Source: Saccostrea echinata | Taxonomy: Eukaryota | Assembly (NCBI RefSeq): GCF_033153115.1 | Contig: NW_026889758.1 | Location: forward strand, 24,738,001-24,802,000 | Reading direction: 5' to 3' | DNA length: 64,000 bases | Part shown: one piece after another, positions 60,719-64,000 of the stretch | Layout of the letters: every line of letters begins with the position of its first letter | How positions within the stretch are numbered: the stretch's first letter is position 1 | The notes under the pieces: model-generated | Told to the model about the DNA's origin: nothing | Seen by the model: the letters and a program-made list of their open reading frames with translations, nothing else | The model's database searches: none | Program-made: the position numbers and the translations under genes

Positions 60719-61106
60719 ACAGTTGTCTCCCCTACAGGACTGTTTGCAGCTTCTCACAAATGACCTTGCTTTATTGAGTGCATCCATCATTTGTTCACAG
60801 ACCTGCTACTCTCTAGACATTGATTGATATTTTTTATGTAGTGAATCATGTTACAGAGATTTTGTTCACATTTGTATTTAACACATTTTTGGAGACTACA
60901 GCTGTATGGAGGTCATATGAGTTTATGAAGTTTGGTAAAATATTTTGTGCATGTTCATTTATGGCATTGATTGCTCACATATACATGTATACAGAAATAA
61001 ATAAAGGTACATTATTGGTAATTTTGTGTGAAAAAAAAATGAAATTGACACATTGAAACAACATTCAGAAAAAAAAAAAATATATGTATATTCACAAGCA
61101 TTCTGA

Positions 61107-61642
61107 TGCCCTGTTCACATGAATGCACATTAAATATTTAATCGCGGTAAATTAATTTGAAGTAAAATGATGCATATGAAACTAATGCTTATAAATAAAT
61201 CATGTTCACCCCATAGTCAATGCAAACTCAACTAATGCAAATTAAAATTTTATTCTATATAGAAAGGCTATTATGACGTCATTTGCAAATCACATCACCT
61301 TATGCCCAGCAGATTGCATTTGACATAATATCAAAGTGTCTGTACAGATGTTTAGTGATAAACTTAATTCTTCGTTTTTCACTAAAAAATGGCAAAAGTA
61401 TTGATATCTGACCACCGACATGTGACGTGATAGGTTACTCGATTCTGCTATTGCATGCTTCAGAATTTAATTTGAATTAGCTTCGCTTAGCGTTCACACA
61501 AAGCTAATGCAAAGTAATTTGATGTGCAGTAAATTAATTCGAATTAAACTAATTCACATTAATTTCTCTATGAACGCAGTTCAAATTTAATTAGCAGTAA
61601 TTTACATTTAATTTGAATTAAAATCCCCAAGTGAACAGGGCA
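61107..61642. mobile_element. MITE (PIF/Harbinger-like ends) inserted in a family 5 HINE-like copy (~61094-62010)
   Basis: TIR TGCCCTGTTCAC / GTGAACAGGGCA with AT-rich AATTAA subrepeats. It splits ACAAGCATTCTGA|GAGTATTGC, which is seen intact at 62234. Confidence 0.65.
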
Positions 61643-62160
61643 CAAGAGTATTGCTTAAGCAATACAAGTCCTCTCTATCAAATGTTATCTGGTACCCCTT
61701 TAAAAAAGTCTGAATTCCATCAAAAATCACTGAAGTGGCACAAATTGCAAATTTGATCTACAACTTGTCCAGATAGACTCACATACCAAAAATCAGCTCA
61801 ATATCTGCAAGCATTTCGAAAAAAGTGCAGAAATTTGTTTCTTTAAAAATCCTGTAGTACATGTATTGTCAAAAGTCACTGAAGTGAAAGAAGTAAACTA
61901 GATCTGAAACTCATCAAGACACACTCACATGCCAAAAATCAGCAGAATATCTGCAAGCATTTAGAAAAAAAATGTCAGATGGACAGATGAGGAGGAAACC
62001 TATATTCTTATTAAATGGCAGCAAAGAGAGCTACATTCTCAGGCTACAGAAGAGTATTTCAGAATTGCAATTCAAATTATACTCTATGCAATCTTGATAA
62101 AAGGGAACAATTATTGATGAATCAAAGTGAAATAGAATTTTTCCAGTAATCCTCTTTTAA

Positions 62161-63541
62161 AAACATAGGTTATCAGAGATTACAGAGCTCACCTCAACAA
62201 ATGTTGTCTTTAAGTAAGGCAAAGTCCCAAACTAACAAGCATTCTGAGAGTATTGCATTAGCAATACTAGTCCCCTACCGGCAAGTGTAATCTGGTTCCC
62301 GGTAATAATTGAAAATGCCATAATTCCGTCAAAAATCAATGAAGCGGGACAAAATGCAAACTTGATCTATAACTAATCAAGGTAAAGTCACATACAAAAA
62401 ATCAGCTCAATATCTGAAAGCGTTTAGAAGAAAATTGCGGAAAACCTCTAAAAATTGAAAAGGCCGTAATTCCGTCAAAAATCAATGAAGCGGAACGAAA
62501 TGCAAACTTGATCTGTAACTCATCAAGATACACTCACATACCAAAAATCAGCTCAATATCTGCTAGTGTTAGGAAAAAAGTGCGGAAAACCAAGTGGGAC
62601 AGACTGACAGACAGACAGAGGGACAGACAGATGGACAGACAGACAGACGGACGGACAGACTCAGAGGAAACCTATAGTCCCCTCCGGTTTCACCGGTAGG
62701 GGACTAATAATCTAGTAGTGTGCATAGCTAGATGTAACATTTATGCAATTTTGGTACGATAGGGCTTGCAGTTACTTGTGAATGGACCCAAAAACTTTAA
62801 AACTAGTCACTCAACCAGAAAATGTAAGTCATATCCAGCATCTGAAGCAAATTTGAGAGTGTTCACCCTGTGATGCATCATCCATGCAAGTTTGGTTCAG
62901 ATAGCCCTTATAGTTTATTTTAACCTGGTAACTCATCCGGAAAATGTAGGTCAAATACAGCATCTGAAGCAGATCCAGTAGTGTGCATCCTTAGATGTAT
63001 CATCCATGCAAGTTTGGTCAATATAGGGCTTATAGTTACTTGGAAATGAAACCTGTCGAGTGAAAATGTAGGTCAGATCCAGCATCCAAAGCAAGTCCAG
63101 TAGTGTGCATCCTTAGATGTATCATCCATGCAAGTTTGGTCAATATAGGGCTTACAGTTACTTAGAAATGAGACCTGCTTTAAAAACATTAATCTGGTCA
63201 CTCATCTGGAAAATGTAGGTCAGATACAGCATCCGAGGCAAGTCCAGAAGTGTGCATCCTTAGATGTATCATCCATGCAAGTTTGGTCAATTTTGGACTT
63301 AAAGTTGCTTGGAAATGAGACCTGCTCCAAAAATTTTAAACTGGTCATTCTTCAGCTGAAATTGCAACATCTGAAACCTTCAGTGGTACAATGAAACATA
63401 TAAGAAGCATCCTCCATGCATCTCTGATTAATATAGGGCATTGAAGTACTTGAAAAGAAAACTGCACCAAAATTAAACTTTAACCTGGGATGCCGACGGT
63501 ATTACTTGAGCTCCCCCAACTTCGTTGAGGTGAGCTAAAAA
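62161..63541 (-). mobile_element. HINE family 2 copy with a nested family 5 element (62234-62710)
   Basis: Family 2 units at 62715-63480. The nested element has a GTATTGC..GCAATAC hairpin, 2 tandem units, (GACA)n at 62598-62660 and an AGTCCCCT..AGGGGACT terminal hairpin. Confidence 0.75.
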
Positions 63542-64000
63542 GTTCTCTAAATACCACAAATGTTAGTTACTTGCTCAAATCTGCCATAATAAAGGATTCG
63601 ATTCATATGTTTTAGTCACACAAGAAGGCAGATTGTGATGCAAGGAACTTGTTTGAATTCTACCATGGCTGTTTTATGTTGTGACCTTCCAATATCCCTA
63701 ATGGGACACTGTTTCATTACCTCCATCAGGCAAAATAAGGGGACTAGGTTCAACATACTGTAAACCAACTTTTATGTTGCAAAAAATTCGGCAAAGTCAC
63801 ATATTTATGTATGGTAAAATTTTTGAGGTTTGAGAAAAAAATATGGGTTTATGGGGATTGAATTTTGTGGATAAGAATTTTGGAGTAGTAATATTACATG
63901 TATATGGAATTTAACATTTTGTGGTGGACATGAATTTGTGAATCTCTTCATACCTTGAAAACAATGAAAACCCTCCACACTGTGAACTAATTTTATATAG

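Overview
AT-rich, intron-rich animal genomic DNA, very probably an ostreid oyster, inferred from the 166-bp Cg170-like satellite carried in Helentron/HINE elements. Six spliced protein-coding genes were reconstructed by hand with GT-AG junctions and consistent phase. They are: the 5' end of a MIA/TANGO1-family gene (-), ARPIN (+, 226 aa), ATP6V1D (-, 249 aa), an uncharacterised ~410-aa gene with a PH/GRAM-like C-terminal segment (+), DNAAF2/kintoun (-, ~979 aa) and ALDH6A1/MMSDH (+, 526 aa). Two pairs are tightly head-to-head (MIA-like/ARPIN and DNAAF2/ALDH6A1). Introns and spacers are packed with nested mobile DNA: a 5'-truncated L1/Tx1 LINE, two decayed mariners, hAT-, Kolobok-, Mutator- and pogo-like MITEs, long fold-back palindromes, Penelope-like fragments and at least five families of tandem-repeat-carrying HINE-type elements. 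I see no unambiguous new multi-gene system. The best leads are the uncharacterised gene, the inverted repeats bracketing ARPIN exons 2-5, the CLEAR and UPRE-like promoter motifs, the ARPIN and kintoun tail motifs, and the 3-level TE nests. Gene identities come from recalled family sequences, not database searches.
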